A stretch of DNA of 64,000 nucleotides from an uncultured Ruminococcus sp. (GTDB taxonomy: Bacteria; Bacillota; Clostridia; Oscillospirales; Acutalibacteraceae), in the NCBI GenBank assembly GCA_902765855.1, contig CACXBF010000002.1:216225-280224 (forward strand). Reading direction: 5' to 3'. Shown here piece after piece: positions 45,575 through 55,037 of this stretch (position 1 is the first letter of the stretch; every line of letters starts with the position of its first letter). The translations under genes were made by a program, and so were the position numbers. The notes beneath the pieces were generated by a model, which saw nothing but the letters and a program-made list of their open reading frames with translations, searched no databases and had not been told where the DNA came from.

Positions 45575-47038
45575 TCAGTAGTTATTGCTCTTTTTGACCA
45601 TATCTTTTAAAGCACTTGGGTGAAATAATATAAGCAGTGGGAAAAGTTCAAGTCTTCCTGCGAGCATATCGAACATAAGAACATATTTTGAGAACTGACT
45701 GAATACTGAAAAATTCTGGGTAGGACCAACAAGTTCAAGACCTGGACCTATGTTATTGATTGTTGCAGTAACAGCAGTAAACGATGTAACCAAACCCATA
45801 TTTTCAAAGGAGATAGCAAATACCGAGAATGCAAAAATCACCATAAATGTAATGAAATATACATTAGTTGAACGAACAACATCATGTTCAACAGGCTTGC
45901 CGTCAATTTTAATTTTTCGTACACTTCGTGGGTGAATATAAGAATGAAGTTCTTTAGCCACCGTTTTAAGCAGTATCATAATACGAGATACCTTTATACC
46001 ACCACCTGTGCTTCCCGAACAAGCACCTATAAACATAAGCAGTACAAGTATAATTTTTGATGTTTCTGGCCATATATCAAAATCGACAGATGAGAAACCC
46101 GTTGTTGTAATAATAGAACCAACCTGAAAAGCGGCGTGTCTTAATGCGTCAAAAGCATTTGAGAAAAGATTAAGAATATTAAAGAAGATTATAGCCGTAG
46201 AAACACCTATAATTATAAAATAATATCTTACTTCTTCCATAAGTAAGCTTTTTTTCCATTGTCTAAGTAGAATAAAGTAGTAAGCATTAAAATTAACACC
46301 AAAAAGAATCATAAATATAGTAACAACCCATTGTATATATGGGGAATAGCTCATCATACTATCATTTTTTATGCCGAATCCACCTGTGCCGGCAGTTCCG
46401 AAAGAGGTAGTTAATGCATCAAATATAGGCATTCGACCCGCAATCAGAAGTATAATTTCTATAAATGTCATTCCTATATATATTATGTAGAGAAGTCTTG
46501 CGGTTGTTTTAATCTTTGGAACAAGCTTACCTACAGCCGGACCAGGACTTTCCGCTCTCATAAGATTGAAATTAGAGCCACCGCTCAATGGAATAATTGC
46601 AAGAAGAAATACCAAAACTCCCATACCACCTATCCAGTGAGTAAGACTTCGCCAAAAGATATTGCAGTAGGAGAGAGACTCTACATCAGAAAGAATACTT
46701 GCACCAGTAGTAGTAAAACCTGATATAGTTTCAAATAGAGCGTCTGTAAATGACGGAATTTCTTGGGTTATAACAAAAGGCAAACAGCCCATGATACTTA
46801 AAACTATCCAACTTAAAGAAGTAGCTACACAACCCTCTTTCAGATAAAAAACATGGCTTTCGGGTTTTTTATGAGTTGAGATAAACCCTACAATAGCACA
46901 TATACATAAAACAAACAAATAAGAGAATAAGCCCTTATATTCTCCATACACAAGAGCAACTATACAAGGAAGAACCATCAATGCGGCTTCCATTTTCAGA
47001 ACTAAGCCTAAAATATATCGTATAATCGAAGTGTTCAT
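45575..47038 (-). CDS. trkH: Potassium uptake protein TrkH (membrane subunit)
   Basis: 487-aa multi-TM protein with repeated selectivity-filter-like GFTTTGA, GTAGTGG and TTTGFS segments. Confidence 0.9.
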   Translation of the reverse strand: MNTSIIRYILGLVLKMEAALMVLPCIVALVYGEYKGLFSYLFVLCICAIVGFISTHKKPESHVFYLKEGCVATSLSWIVLSIMGCLPFVITQEIPSFTDALFETISGFTTTGASILSDVESLSYCNIFWRSLTHWIGGMGVLVFLLAIIPLSGGSNFNLMRAESPGPAVGKLVPKIKTTARLLYIIYIGMTFIEIILLIAGRMPIFDALTTSFGTAGTGGFGIKNDSMMSYSPYIQWVVTIFMILFGVNFNAYYFILLRQWKKSLLMEEVRYYFIIIGVSTAIIFFNILNLFSNAFDALRHAAFQVGSIITTTGFSSVDFDIWPETSKIILVLLMFIGACSGSTGGGIKVSRIMILLKTVAKELHSYIHPRSVRKIKIDGKPVEHDVVRSTNVYFITFMVIFAFSVFAISFENMGLVTSFTAVTATINNIGPGLELVGPTQNFSVFSQFSKYVLMFDMLAGRLELFPLLILFHPSALKDMVKKSNNY

Positions 47039-47071
47039 ATAAATACCTTCCTGTTACTTACAACTATAAAT

Positions 47072-48466
47072 TTAATCTTTCAGAATATCCTGAATATCGT
47101 TAAAGCCCGTATGAGTAGTAACTATCATAACGGTATCGCCGACATGAATAGAATCCTGACCACTCGGAATAGTTATAGCACCGTTTCTGTTTATAAATGC
47201 AATCAAGATATTATCTTTTATATTAAGATTCATAATTTCGGTATCAGTAACAGCAGAAGATTCATCTATACTAAATTCCAACGCTTCTACCTGAGAATTA
47301 AACATATGATAAAGAGTTTCTATGTTACTATTATTCATAGAATTTTTCTTCGCACGAACATAAGCAACGATAGTTTCTGATGTTATATACTTAGGGTATA
47401 GAATACTTCCAAGATTCAAGTCATCAATAACATTCATAAAAGCATTACGGTTTATTTTTGTAATAACCTTAGCATTAGAAATTTTACTTGCATAAAGAGT
47501 TAAGAAAATATTTTCTTCATCAATGCCCGTAAGTGGTATAAATGAATTACAGGTAGAAATACCCTCTTCCTTGAGAAGTTCTTCGTCTGTACCGTCACCA
47601 TTGATTATAGTTGCTTTAGGTAGTAGTGTACTGAGTTCCTCACAGCGTTCTTTGTTTTGCTCTATAATCTTTACAGAAATTCCCATATTACTTAGAATTT
47701 TTGCAAGGTAAAAAGCGGTCTTTCCACCGCCTATAATCATAGTATCCTTAACCTGATTTGTTCTGAATCCTATCTGCTTTAAAAAATTTATAGTTTCTCG
47801 TCTCGTAGCAGCAAAAGAAATCTTATCTCCTTTGCGAAGTGTTACATTACCTGATGGAATAATAATTTTTCCATCTCGTTCTATTGCACATATCAGAAAT
47901 TTAGCATTTAAACTCTTGCTGATTTGGGCAATAGACTTATTATCTAACAAATTGCCCTCTGGAATCTGAATTTTAATAAGTTGAGCCTGGTTATGGGCAA
48001 AAGAGTTGACCTCGAGAGCGGTAGGGAGGCATAGTATATGTGTGGCCTCTTTAGCAGTTTCAAGGTCGGGATTTATAATCATAGCAAGACCAAGTCTTTC
48101 TCGAAGATAATTGCTCTCCTCACTATAATCGGGATTTCTTACTCGTGCAATAGCTGAGCAATTACCAACTTGTTTTGCTACGGTACAGCAGAGCAAATTC
48201 AGCTCGTCTGAGCCGGTAACTGCAATTATAAGGTCAGTATTTTCTATTCCGGCTTCCTGCTGAACGCTATAGCTTGCACCATTACCGACAATACCCATAA
48301 TATCATAAAGATTGGTATATGTCTGAATTTTCTGAGGATTTTTATCAATTATAGTAATGTCGTGACCTTCTCTTACTAATTGCTCTACAAGAGCCGCACC
48401 GACTTTTCCGCAGCCAACTATTATAATATTAAGACCGCTTTTGCTATGGTGTATGTTGCTAATCAT
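47072..48466 (-). CDS. trkA: Potassium uptake protein TrkA (two RCK/NAD-binding domains)
   Basis: IIVGCGKVG and IIGGGKTA Rossmann motifs, each followed by an RCK_C-like segment. Confidence 0.9.
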   Translation of the reverse strand: MISNIHHSKSGLNIIIVGCGKVGAALVEQLVREGHDITIIDKNPQKIQTYTNLYDIMGIVGNGASYSVQQEAGIENTDLIIAVTGSDELNLLCCTVAKQVGNCSAIARVRNPDYSEESNYLRERLGLAMIINPDLETAKEATHILCLPTALEVNSFAHNQAQLIKIQIPEGNLLDNKSIAQISKSLNAKFLICAIERDGKIIIPSGNVTLRKGDKISFAATRRETINFLKQIGFRTNQVKDTMIIGGGKTAFYLAKILSNMGISVKIIEQNKERCEELSTLLPKATIINGDGTDEELLKEEGISTCNSFIPLTGIDEENIFLTLYASKISNAKVITKINRNAFMNVIDDLNLGSILYPKYITSETIVAYVRAKKNSMNNSNIETLYHMFNSQVEALEFSIDESSAVTDTEIMNLNIKDNILIAFINRNGAITIPSGQDSIHVGDTVMIVTTHTGFNDIQDILKD

Positions 48467-48683
48467 TTTAAAGATACTCCTTTTATTATATTAAATACAC
48501 ACATCAATACTATACCATTATATTCATTAAAAGTCATCATTTTTCTTGAATTAATAGAATTTTTTTAAGAAATAATTTGTGCAAAAATTAAGTCATAGAT
48601 GTAAAACTATTGAAATATTCTTTAAACTTGATATAATTATCATGTAAAATAAAGTTATAAATTGATTATAAATACTTTTCAGA

Positions 48684-49112
48684 ATGGGGTATAATATGCA
48701 AGCTAAAATATATGATTATTTACCACAAGAGGCTATAGATATAAGAACCGCAGTTTTTATAAATGAACAAGGTTTTCAAGATGAATTTGATGATATTGAC
48801 GAGAAAGCTATACATATAGTCTTATGTGAAGATAATAAACCGATTGCAGTATGTAGAGTCTATTATTCAGAAGATAAGAAATGTTATGCTATTGGCAGAA
48901 TTGCAGTAATGAAGGAATATCGAGGTAAAGCCTACGGTGCAAAGGTCGTCCAAGTGGCAGAAGATGAAATACAGAAAAGATCAGGTAATAAAATTGGACT
49001 TTCGGCACAAGAAAGAGTTCGCAAATTCTATGAAAAACTTGGATATAAAAAATACGGAGACATATATTTTGATGAAGGTTGCCCACATATCTGGATGGAA
49101 AAAACTCTTTAA
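48684..49112 (+). CDS. GNAT-family N-acetyltransferase
   Basis: RIAVMKEYRGKAYGAKVV acetyl-CoA binding motif (Q/RxxGxG/A type). Alternative start at ATG 48696. Confidence 0.8.
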   Translation: MGYNMQAKIYDYLPQEAIDIRTAVFINEQGFQDEFDDIDEKAIHIVLCEDNKPIAVCRVYYSEDKKCYAIGRIAVMKEYRGKAYGAKVVQVAEDEIQKRSGNKIGLSAQERVRKFYEKLGYKKYGDIYFDEGCPHIWMEKTL

Positions 49113-49139
49113 AATATATCCTTAAAAATAATAGGAGTA

Positions 49140-49175
49140 TCTGCGATATATCAGATACTCCTATTTGCTTATACA
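49140..49175. terminator. Bidirectional terminator between convergent genes
   Basis: Perfect 14-bp stem AATAGGAGTATCTG / CAGATACTCCTATT, loop CGATATAT. Confidence 0.75.
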
Positions 49176-49178
49176 TTG

Positions 49179-49955
49179 TTATCCCAAAGCAACATCTAAA
49201 ATCATCATTACACTAAAGCCAACAGCGAAAAATACCGTACCTATATTTGAGTGTTTGCCCTGTGACATTTCTGGTATTAATTCCTCCACTACTACATAGA
49301 GCATTGCACCCGCTGCGAAACTAAGAAGATAAGGAAGTGCCGGAACTATAAATTGAGCTGCAAGAATTGTCAACACAGCACCGATAGGTTCTACCACTCC
49401 TGAAAGTACGCCGCCACAAAAGGCTTTACTTTTCTTCATTTCTTCCGCACGCAGTGGCATAGAGATAATTGCTCCTTCTGGAAAATTTTGAATAGCTATA
49501 CCAAGCGAAAGTGCCAATGCACCTGCCGCCGTAATTTGCAAATTTCCGGCGAGATAACCCGCATAGACAACTCCAACTGCCATTCCCTCAGGAATATTAT
49601 GCAGTGTGACGGCCAACACCATCATAGTCGTGCGTTGAAGATGGCTTTTAGGGCCTTCGGCTTGTTTACTATTTTGGTGCAAATGTGGAATGACATTATC
49701 AAGTAAGAGCAAAAATAGTACGCCAACCCAAAAACCAATCGCAGCCGGAACAAAGGAAAACTTGCCCATATCCGTTGATTGTTCAATCGCCGGAATCAAT
49801 AAACTCCAAACAGAGGCTGCCACCATTACACCGGCGGCAAAGCCTGTTAATGCACGCTGAACAATTTCGCTCATTGATTTTTTCATAAAGAATACACACG
49901 CCGCACCGAGCGATGTGCCAAGAAAAGGAATTAAAATTCCCCAGAATACTTCCAT
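49179..49955 (-). CDS. ZIP-family divalent metal transporter (ZupT-like)
   Basis: 258 aa, 8 TM helices, with the conserved HNIPEGMAVG and QNFPEGA motifs of ZIP/ZupT proteins. Confidence 0.85.
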   Translation of the reverse strand: MEVFWGILIPFLGTSLGAACVFFMKKSMSEIVQRALTGFAAGVMVAASVWSLLIPAIEQSTDMGKFSFVPAAIGFWVGVLFLLLLDNVIPHLHQNSKQAEGPKSHLQRTTMMVLAVTLHNIPEGMAVGVVYAGYLAGNLQITAAGALALSLGIAIQNFPEGAIISMPLRAEEMKKSKAFCGGVLSGVVEPIGAVLTILAAQFIVPALPYLLSFAAGAMLYVVVEELIPEMSQGKHSNIGTVFFAVGFSVMMILDVALG

Positions 49956-49997
49956 ATTATAAACCCTCTATATCTTTTTAAAGTATTGTAAAGCAGA

Positions 49998-50027
49998 AAT
50001 TACAGTTAGTTTTAACTAACTGTAATT
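49998..50027. promoter_or_regulatory. Perfect 14-2-14 palindrome at the predicted transcription start of the ZIP transporter gene
   Basis: AATTACAGTTAGTT TT AACTAACTGTAATT, directly abutting the -10 box of the minus-strand promoter. Confidence 0.6.
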
Positions 50028-50056
50028 ATTATAGCATAATTAAGCTTAATTTGCAA
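50028..50056 (-). promoter_or_regulatory. Near-consensus promoter of the ZIP transporter gene
   Basis: Minus strand reads TTGCAA, 17-nt spacer ending in TGC, TATAAT (extended -10). Confidence 0.65.
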
Positions 50057-50159
50057 GTATTATAGGAAGAGCTTAGGTAAATCAACGCTTGTATATAGAC
50101 TAAATGAATATCCAAAATAATTTTTATTTAATAACTTATTATTTTTTTGAAAAAAGTTA

Positions 50160-50188
50160 TTGACAAATAGAAAAATTAGGAATATAAT
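50160..50188 (+). promoter_or_regulatory. Consensus sigma-70 promoter of the NAD operon
   Basis: TTGACA, 17-nt spacer, TATAAT, located 44 nt upstream of the pncA ATG. Confidence 0.7.
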
Positions 50189-50231
50189 CTTAGTATCAAA
50201 TAAATAATAAGTAATAAAGGAGAGCAATTTT

Positions 50232-50750
50232 ATGAGTAAAAATGTTCTTGTAGTAATTGATATGCAGAATGATTTTATTGACGGAGCACTTGGCACAAAA
50301 GAGGCCCAGGCAATAATTGAAAATGTTTATCAAGCAATTCAAAGCTTTGATGGAGAAGTAGTTTTCACCCGTGATACTCATTTTGAAAATTATGCGGATA
50401 CTCAAGAGGGCAAAAAACTTCCTATTCCGCATTGCATTAAAGATACTAATGGCTGGCAAATCAATAGCGAGCTCAAAAAGCTGATAAAACCTGAAACAAA
50501 GATTTTTGATAAAATAACCTTTGGCTCAACTGAGCTTACAGAATATTTAAAGAATAATAAAGAGCTTAAAAAAATAATTCTTGTTGGCTTATGTACGGAT
50601 ATATGCATTATATCTAATGCCTTGCTTATTAAGGCAAATATGCCGGAAGTTGAGATAGAAGTTTTAGAAAATTGTTGTGCAGGTGTTACACCAGAAAGCC
50701 ATATAAACGCACTTAACACAATGAAAATGTGTCAGATTTCAGTTAAATGA
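50232..50750 (+). CDS. pncA: Nicotinamidase / isochorismatase-family hydrolase
   Basis: VVIDMQNDF (Asp), FDKITFG (Lys) and GLCTDICI (Cys) triad layout. First gene of the NAD operon. Confidence 0.8.
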   Translation: MSKNVLVVIDMQNDFIDGALGTKEAQAIIENVYQAIQSFDGEVVFTRDTHFENYADTQEGKKLPIPHCIKDTNGWQINSELKKLIKPETKIFDKITFGSTELTEYLKNNKELKKIILVGLCTDICIISNALLIKANMPEVEIEVLENCCAGVTPESHINALNTMKMCQISVK

Positions 50751-50769
50751 TAGAAAGGAATGGTTATCT

Positions 50770-51579
50770 ATGATTAAGATTAATGGCAAACAAATTGAGT
50801 TAGGACACTTCCCAGACGGAACACTTCTCTTAAAAAGTAATATAAAAGAGTTTGCTTGTGATAATGATAGCATTACAATCAAGTGGAATTACGAAAATAA
50901 CGAAGAGCTTGTAGCACTTTATTTCATTACAAATCATATTAAGGCATCAGGCTTTAAAAATATCATTCTTGATATGCCTTATATTCCAAACGCAAGACAG
51001 GATAGAGTAAAGAATGACGAAGATGTATTCACCCTCAAATACTTTGCACAGATGCTTAATAGTTTAAACTTTAGTGAAGTAAGAGTTTTAGACGCTCACT
51101 CAAATGTAAGTCTTGCACTTATTGATAATGTAAAGCTTGTATCTCCAAAAGAATATATCTATAAGGTTATTGACAAAATCAAAGGAGATAATTCAGAAAA
51201 TCCACTTATGTTTTATCCCGACGAGGGAGCAGGCAAGAGATATAGCGGAATGATTTCGCTCCCGTATTGTTTCGGAATTAAAAATCGTGATTGGAGTACA
51301 GGACAGATAAAGAGCTTATCTGTTTCAGGTGAAGTTGATAGAATTAAGGAAAATGATGTTCTTATCGTAGATGATATATGCTCTTTTGGCGGAACATTCT
51401 ATTTTTCAGCTCAAAAGCTTGCAGAGCTTGGTGCAAAGAATATTTATCTCTTTATATCGCACTGTGAAAAATCAATACTGAATGGCAAATTGATAAATTG
51501 CGAGCTTATTAAGAAGATTTATACAACAGACAGTATTTATAACTGTGAAAATGAGAAAATAGAGATAGTAACTCTTTGA
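50770..51579 (+). CDS. Short ribose-phosphate pyrophosphokinase (Prs) homologue
   Basis: MPYIPNARQDR and the VDDICSFGGT PRPP-loop are Prs-like. At 269 aa it is shorter than housekeeping Prs and divergent elsewhere. Confidence 0.7.
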   Translation: MIKINGKQIELGHFPDGTLLLKSNIKEFACDNDSITIKWNYENNEELVALYFITNHIKASGFKNIILDMPYIPNARQDRVKNDEDVFTLKYFAQMLNSLNFSEVRVLDAHSNVSLALIDNVKLVSPKEYIYKVIDKIKGDNSENPLMFYPDEGAGKRYSGMISLPYCFGIKNRDWSTGQIKSLSVSGEVDRIKENDVLIVDDICSFGGTFYFSAQKLAELGAKNIYLFISHCEKSILNGKLINCELIKKIYTTDSIYNCENEKIEIVTL

Positions 51580-51600
51580 TTTTGAGAAAGGACTAAAGTT

Positions 51601-53073
51601 ATGAAAAACACTAACCCAATGCTTCTGATAGATTTTTATAAGGCGGTTCATTCGGATATGCTCCCGAAAAAAATTGAAAAATCCGTTTCTTACTTCACAC
51701 CTCGTATGAGCAGAGTAAAGATGTGGGATAATGTTGTAATGTTCGGCTTACAGGCATTTATAAAGGTATATCTTATAGATTATTTCAATAATGAATTTTT
51801 CTCTTTGCCACTTGATGAGGTAGTAGGAGAATATGAAAGAGTTCTGAATGCAACACTTGGTAAAGAGGCATTCAGCAGTAAAAAGATTGTAAAGCTCCAT
51901 AAGCTCGGATATTTACCTATTGAAATCAAAGCTTTACCGGAGGGTACAAAAGTTCCTATGCATGTTCCTATGTTTGAAATCAGTAATACTCACCCGGATT
52001 TTGCATGGCTTCCACAGGCATTAGAGTCGCTTATAAGTGCGGAAATGTGGCACCCTATGCTTAGTGCAACCGTTGGTGCAACATATCGTGATATTATCAA
52101 TAAATATTATGATATTTCAGTAGATGATAATATTCCTCGTGCAAGAGCTATCGGTGATTTTTCATTCAGAGGTCAGGAAAGCTTGCAGTCCGCAGTTAAA
52201 TCAAGCGCCGGTTGGTGCTTATCCTTCTTAAATACTGCAACAGTTCCGGTAATTCCGTTCTTAGAGCAGATTTATAACTGTGATTGTGAAAAAGAGCCTG
52301 TCGCATTTGGTGCGGTAAGTACAGAACATTCCGTTATGTGCAGTAATTATGCAGTTGATGGAGATGAAATAACTCTCCTCCGCAGACTTCTTACAGAAAT
52401 TTATCCTAATACAAGTTTTTCTGCGGTACTTGATTCTTATGATTATTGGAATATAATAGATAATGTACTTCCTCAGCTTAAAAAAGAAATTCTTGAGCAT
52501 AATGGTTGTATGCTTATGAGGGGCGATAGCGGCGATTGCGTTGAGGTAGTAACAAAGACAGCTTTCAAACTTTGGGATATTTTCGGCGGAACAATTAATT
52601 CTAAGGGATATAAGGTTTTAGACCCTCATGTTAAGGCTATTTATGGTGATAGTATTACTGTTCAGCGTTGCGAAGAAATTTACAAAATTCTCATTGAAAA
52701 TGGCTTTGCTTGCAGTAATGTTTCACTTGGAGTTGGCAGCTTTAGTATGCAGTGCATAGAAGAAGATGGAATTTTAAAGCCATTTACAAGAGATACATTC
52801 AGCTCTTGTATTAAAGCGACTTATTGTGAGGTTGACGGTAAACCTATTCCTATCTTTAAGAATCCAAAAGAGGGCGGATTCAAAAAGAGCCAAAAAGGAT
52901 TGTGTTTTGTATATCGTGATGAAAATGGAAATCTTACCTTTAAGGACGGCTATACAAGCCAAGATATTCCAAAGGAAAATAACCTTCTCGAAACTGTATT
53001 CAAGGACGGAAAAATCGTAAGAGAGCAATCTCTTGCGGATATAAGAAAGCTGATGTATGGAGATAAATTCTAA
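51601..53073 (+). CDS. nadV: Nicotinamide phosphoribosyltransferase (NadV/Nampt) homologue
   Basis: 490 aa. N-terminal NPMLLIDFYK and the overall type II PRTase pattern are typical of NadV. Sits in an NAD operon next to a Prs homologue. Confidence 0.75.
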   Translation: MKNTNPMLLIDFYKAVHSDMLPKKIEKSVSYFTPRMSRVKMWDNVVMFGLQAFIKVYLIDYFNNEFFSLPLDEVVGEYERVLNATLGKEAFSSKKIVKLHKLGYLPIEIKALPEGTKVPMHVPMFEISNTHPDFAWLPQALESLISAEMWHPMLSATVGATYRDIINKYYDISVDDNIPRARAIGDFSFRGQESLQSAVKSSAGWCLSFLNTATVPVIPFLEQIYNCDCEKEPVAFGAVSTEHSVMCSNYAVDGDEITLLRRLLTEIYPNTSFSAVLDSYDYWNIIDNVLPQLKKEILEHNGCMLMRGDSGDCVEVVTKTAFKLWDIFGGTINSKGYKVLDPHVKAIYGDSITVQRCEEIYKILIENGFACSNVSLGVGSFSMQCIEEDGILKPFTRDTFSSCIKATYCEVDGKPIPIFKNPKEGGFKKSQKGLCFVYRDENGNLTFKDGYTSQDIPKENNLLETVFKDGKIVREQSLADIRKLMYGDKF

Positions 53074-53090
53074 ATAGAAAGGTTCTTACT

Positions 53091-55037
53091 ATGGAAAATT
53101 TACTGAGAGTTCTTACAGCTTCTCCGAGAGTTCATATCGGAAATGTAACAAAAAACTGTGATGAGATAAAGAGTGTCTATAAGGAATATGCAGATAAAGC
53201 AGACATAATTCTTATGCCTGAGCTTTCCTTGACAGGTTATACCTGTGCAGATTTATTCGAAAACAGAAACCTGCTTGATAACACAGTTAGCGGTCTTATG
53301 GCTTTAACGAAATTTACTGAAGGCTTCGGAGAAAATGGTTCGGCTTTAGTTGTCGGTGCGCCGATAGAAGTTTCAGGTGAATTATATAACTGTGCAGTTT
53401 TTATTCAAAATGGCAAAATAATTGCTGTTGTTCCAAAGACATATCTTCCTAACTACGGTGAATTTTATGAAAAAAGATGGTTCAGTGCCAGAGAATATGA
53501 CTTTGAAAATATAGAAATAGTCGATATGACAGTTCCTTTTGGAAACAATCTTATCATAGAACTTGGACAAAAGGGTGAATCCGTAAAAATCGGTATCGAA
53601 ATTTGCGAGGACGCATGGACGCCGATTCCACCAAGCCGTATTCTTGCAATAAATGGGGCAGAGATTATTCTTAATCTTTCAGCGTCTAATGAGGTTATAG
53701 GTAAAGAGCAGTATAGACGCAATCTTGTAGGAAGTATTTCCTCAACCTGTCTTTGTGGTTATGCCTATGCTTCAGCGGGAATATATGAATCAACTTCAGA
53801 TATAGTTTTCAGTGGACATAATCTTATGTATGAAAACGGCAAACTTCTCGGAGAAATTAAGCCATTCGAGAGCGGTATTCTGATTCGTGACTTCAATCTT
53901 ACTAAAATCCGCCATGACAGAATAGCAAATAAATCATTTGCTGATTGCAAAAGAATGTTTAATGGAAGGAATTTTATAAAGATTATATGCAATAAAAAGC
54001 TTATGCAGAAAAATGAAATTCTTGCAAAGGTTTCTATGACACCGTTTGTTCCATCAAAGAATAGACTTGAACGCTGTACTTCAATTTTCAATATGCAGGT
54101 AGCAGGCTTACAAAGAAGACTTGAGGCAACTAAAAGCAAATGCGTGGTTATAGGCGTTTCGGGTGGACTTGATTCAACCCTTGCTTTGCTTGTTGCGGCA
54201 CAAGCTGTCAGAAATCTTAATCTTCCATCAAAAACAGTCGTAGGAATTACTATGCCAGGCTTTGGCACAACAAAACGCACAAAGAGCAATTCTATGATTC
54301 TTATGGAGAAGCTTGGCTGTAATATAAGAGAAATTTCTATAGTAAAGGCTACAAGACAACATTTTGAAGATATCGGACACGATGAAAGCATACACGATAT
54401 AACCTATGAAAACTGTCAGGCTCGTGAACGCACACAGATTCTTATGGATGTTGCCAATAAAGAGGGTGGATTTGTTATTGGTACGGGTGATTTATCCGAG
54501 CTTGCACTTGGTTGGTGTACCTATAATGGCGACCATATGAGTATGTATGCTGTAAATACAAGTATTCCAAAAACACTCGTAAGAACACTTGTTGATGAAA
54601 TCGGACATCAGCTCGGCAGAAATGGTTTTGACGGCATAGATGCAGTTATAGAGGATATTATAGATACTCCGGTAAGCCCTGAATTGCTTCCTCCTAATGC
54701 GGACGGTACAATCGCACAAAAGACTGAGGATACAGTGGGTTCATATATTCTGCACGACTTTTTCTTATATTATACTTTGCGTTATGGAATGAAACCAAAT
54801 GAAATTTTCGAGCTTTGTCAGACTGCTGTAAAGCAAAGTGATGAATATAAATTTGATGATGCTGAAATCAAAAAATGGCAGAATGTATTTTATACAAGAT
54901 TTTTCAGGCAACAATTTAAGAGAAACTGTATGCCTGATGGTGTCAAGGTTGGTACTGTTTCAGTAAGTCCGAGAGGAGACTTGCGTTTGCCATCAGAAAT
55001 TGAATTTGAAGAATTTTTGTCCGGTGATAAGCAATGA
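53091..55037 (+). CDS. nadE: Glutamine-dependent NAD+ synthetase (nitrilase domain + synthetase domain)
   Basis: N-terminal CN-hydrolase domain (catalytic-Cys region EICEDAW) and a C-terminal N-type ATP pyrophosphatase with the SGGLDS motif. Confidence 0.9.
   Translation: MENLLRVLTASPRVHIGNVTKNCDEIKSVYKEYADKADIILMPELSLTGYTCADLFENRNLLDNTVSGLMALTKFTEGFGENGSALVVGAPIEVSGELYNCAVFIQNGKIIAVVPKTYLPNYGEFYEKRWFSAREYDFENIEIVDMTVPFGNNLIIELGQKGESVKIGIEICEDAWTPIPPSRILAINGAEIILNLSASNEVIGKEQYRRNLVGSISSTCLCGYAYASAGIYESTSDIVFSGHNLMYENGKLLGEIKPFESGILIRDFNLTKIRHDRIANKSFADCKRMFNGRNFIKIICNKKLMQKNEILAKVSMTPFVPSKNRLERCTSIFNMQVAGLQRRLEATKSKCVVIGVSGGLDSTLALLVAAQAVRNLNLPSKTVVGITMPGFGTTKRTKSNSMILMEKLGCNIREISIVKATRQHFEDIGHDESIHDITYENCQARERTQILMDVANKEGGFVIGTGDLSELALGWCTYNGDHMSMYAVNTSIPKTLVRTLVDEIGHQLGRNGFDGIDAVIEDIIDTPVSPELLPPNADGTIAQKTEDTVGSYILHDFFLYYTLRYGMKPNEIFELCQTAVKQSDEYKFDDAEIKKWQNVFYTRFFRQQFKRNCMPDGVKVGTVSVSPRGDLRLPSEIEFEEFLSGDKQ

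Noticed and set aside
48467-48683. c-di-AMP (ydaO/kimA-type) riboswitch upstream of trkA.
   Set aside because: The region is extremely AT-rich and has none of the conserved G/C-rich helices of that riboswitch class.
50060-50459. ORFs 50060..50296 and 50196..50459 (minus strand) in the ZIP/NAD divergent promoter region and the pncA 5' end.
   Set aside because: They are AT-rich low-complexity translations overlapping two strong promoters and the pncA coding start. Neither has an RBS.
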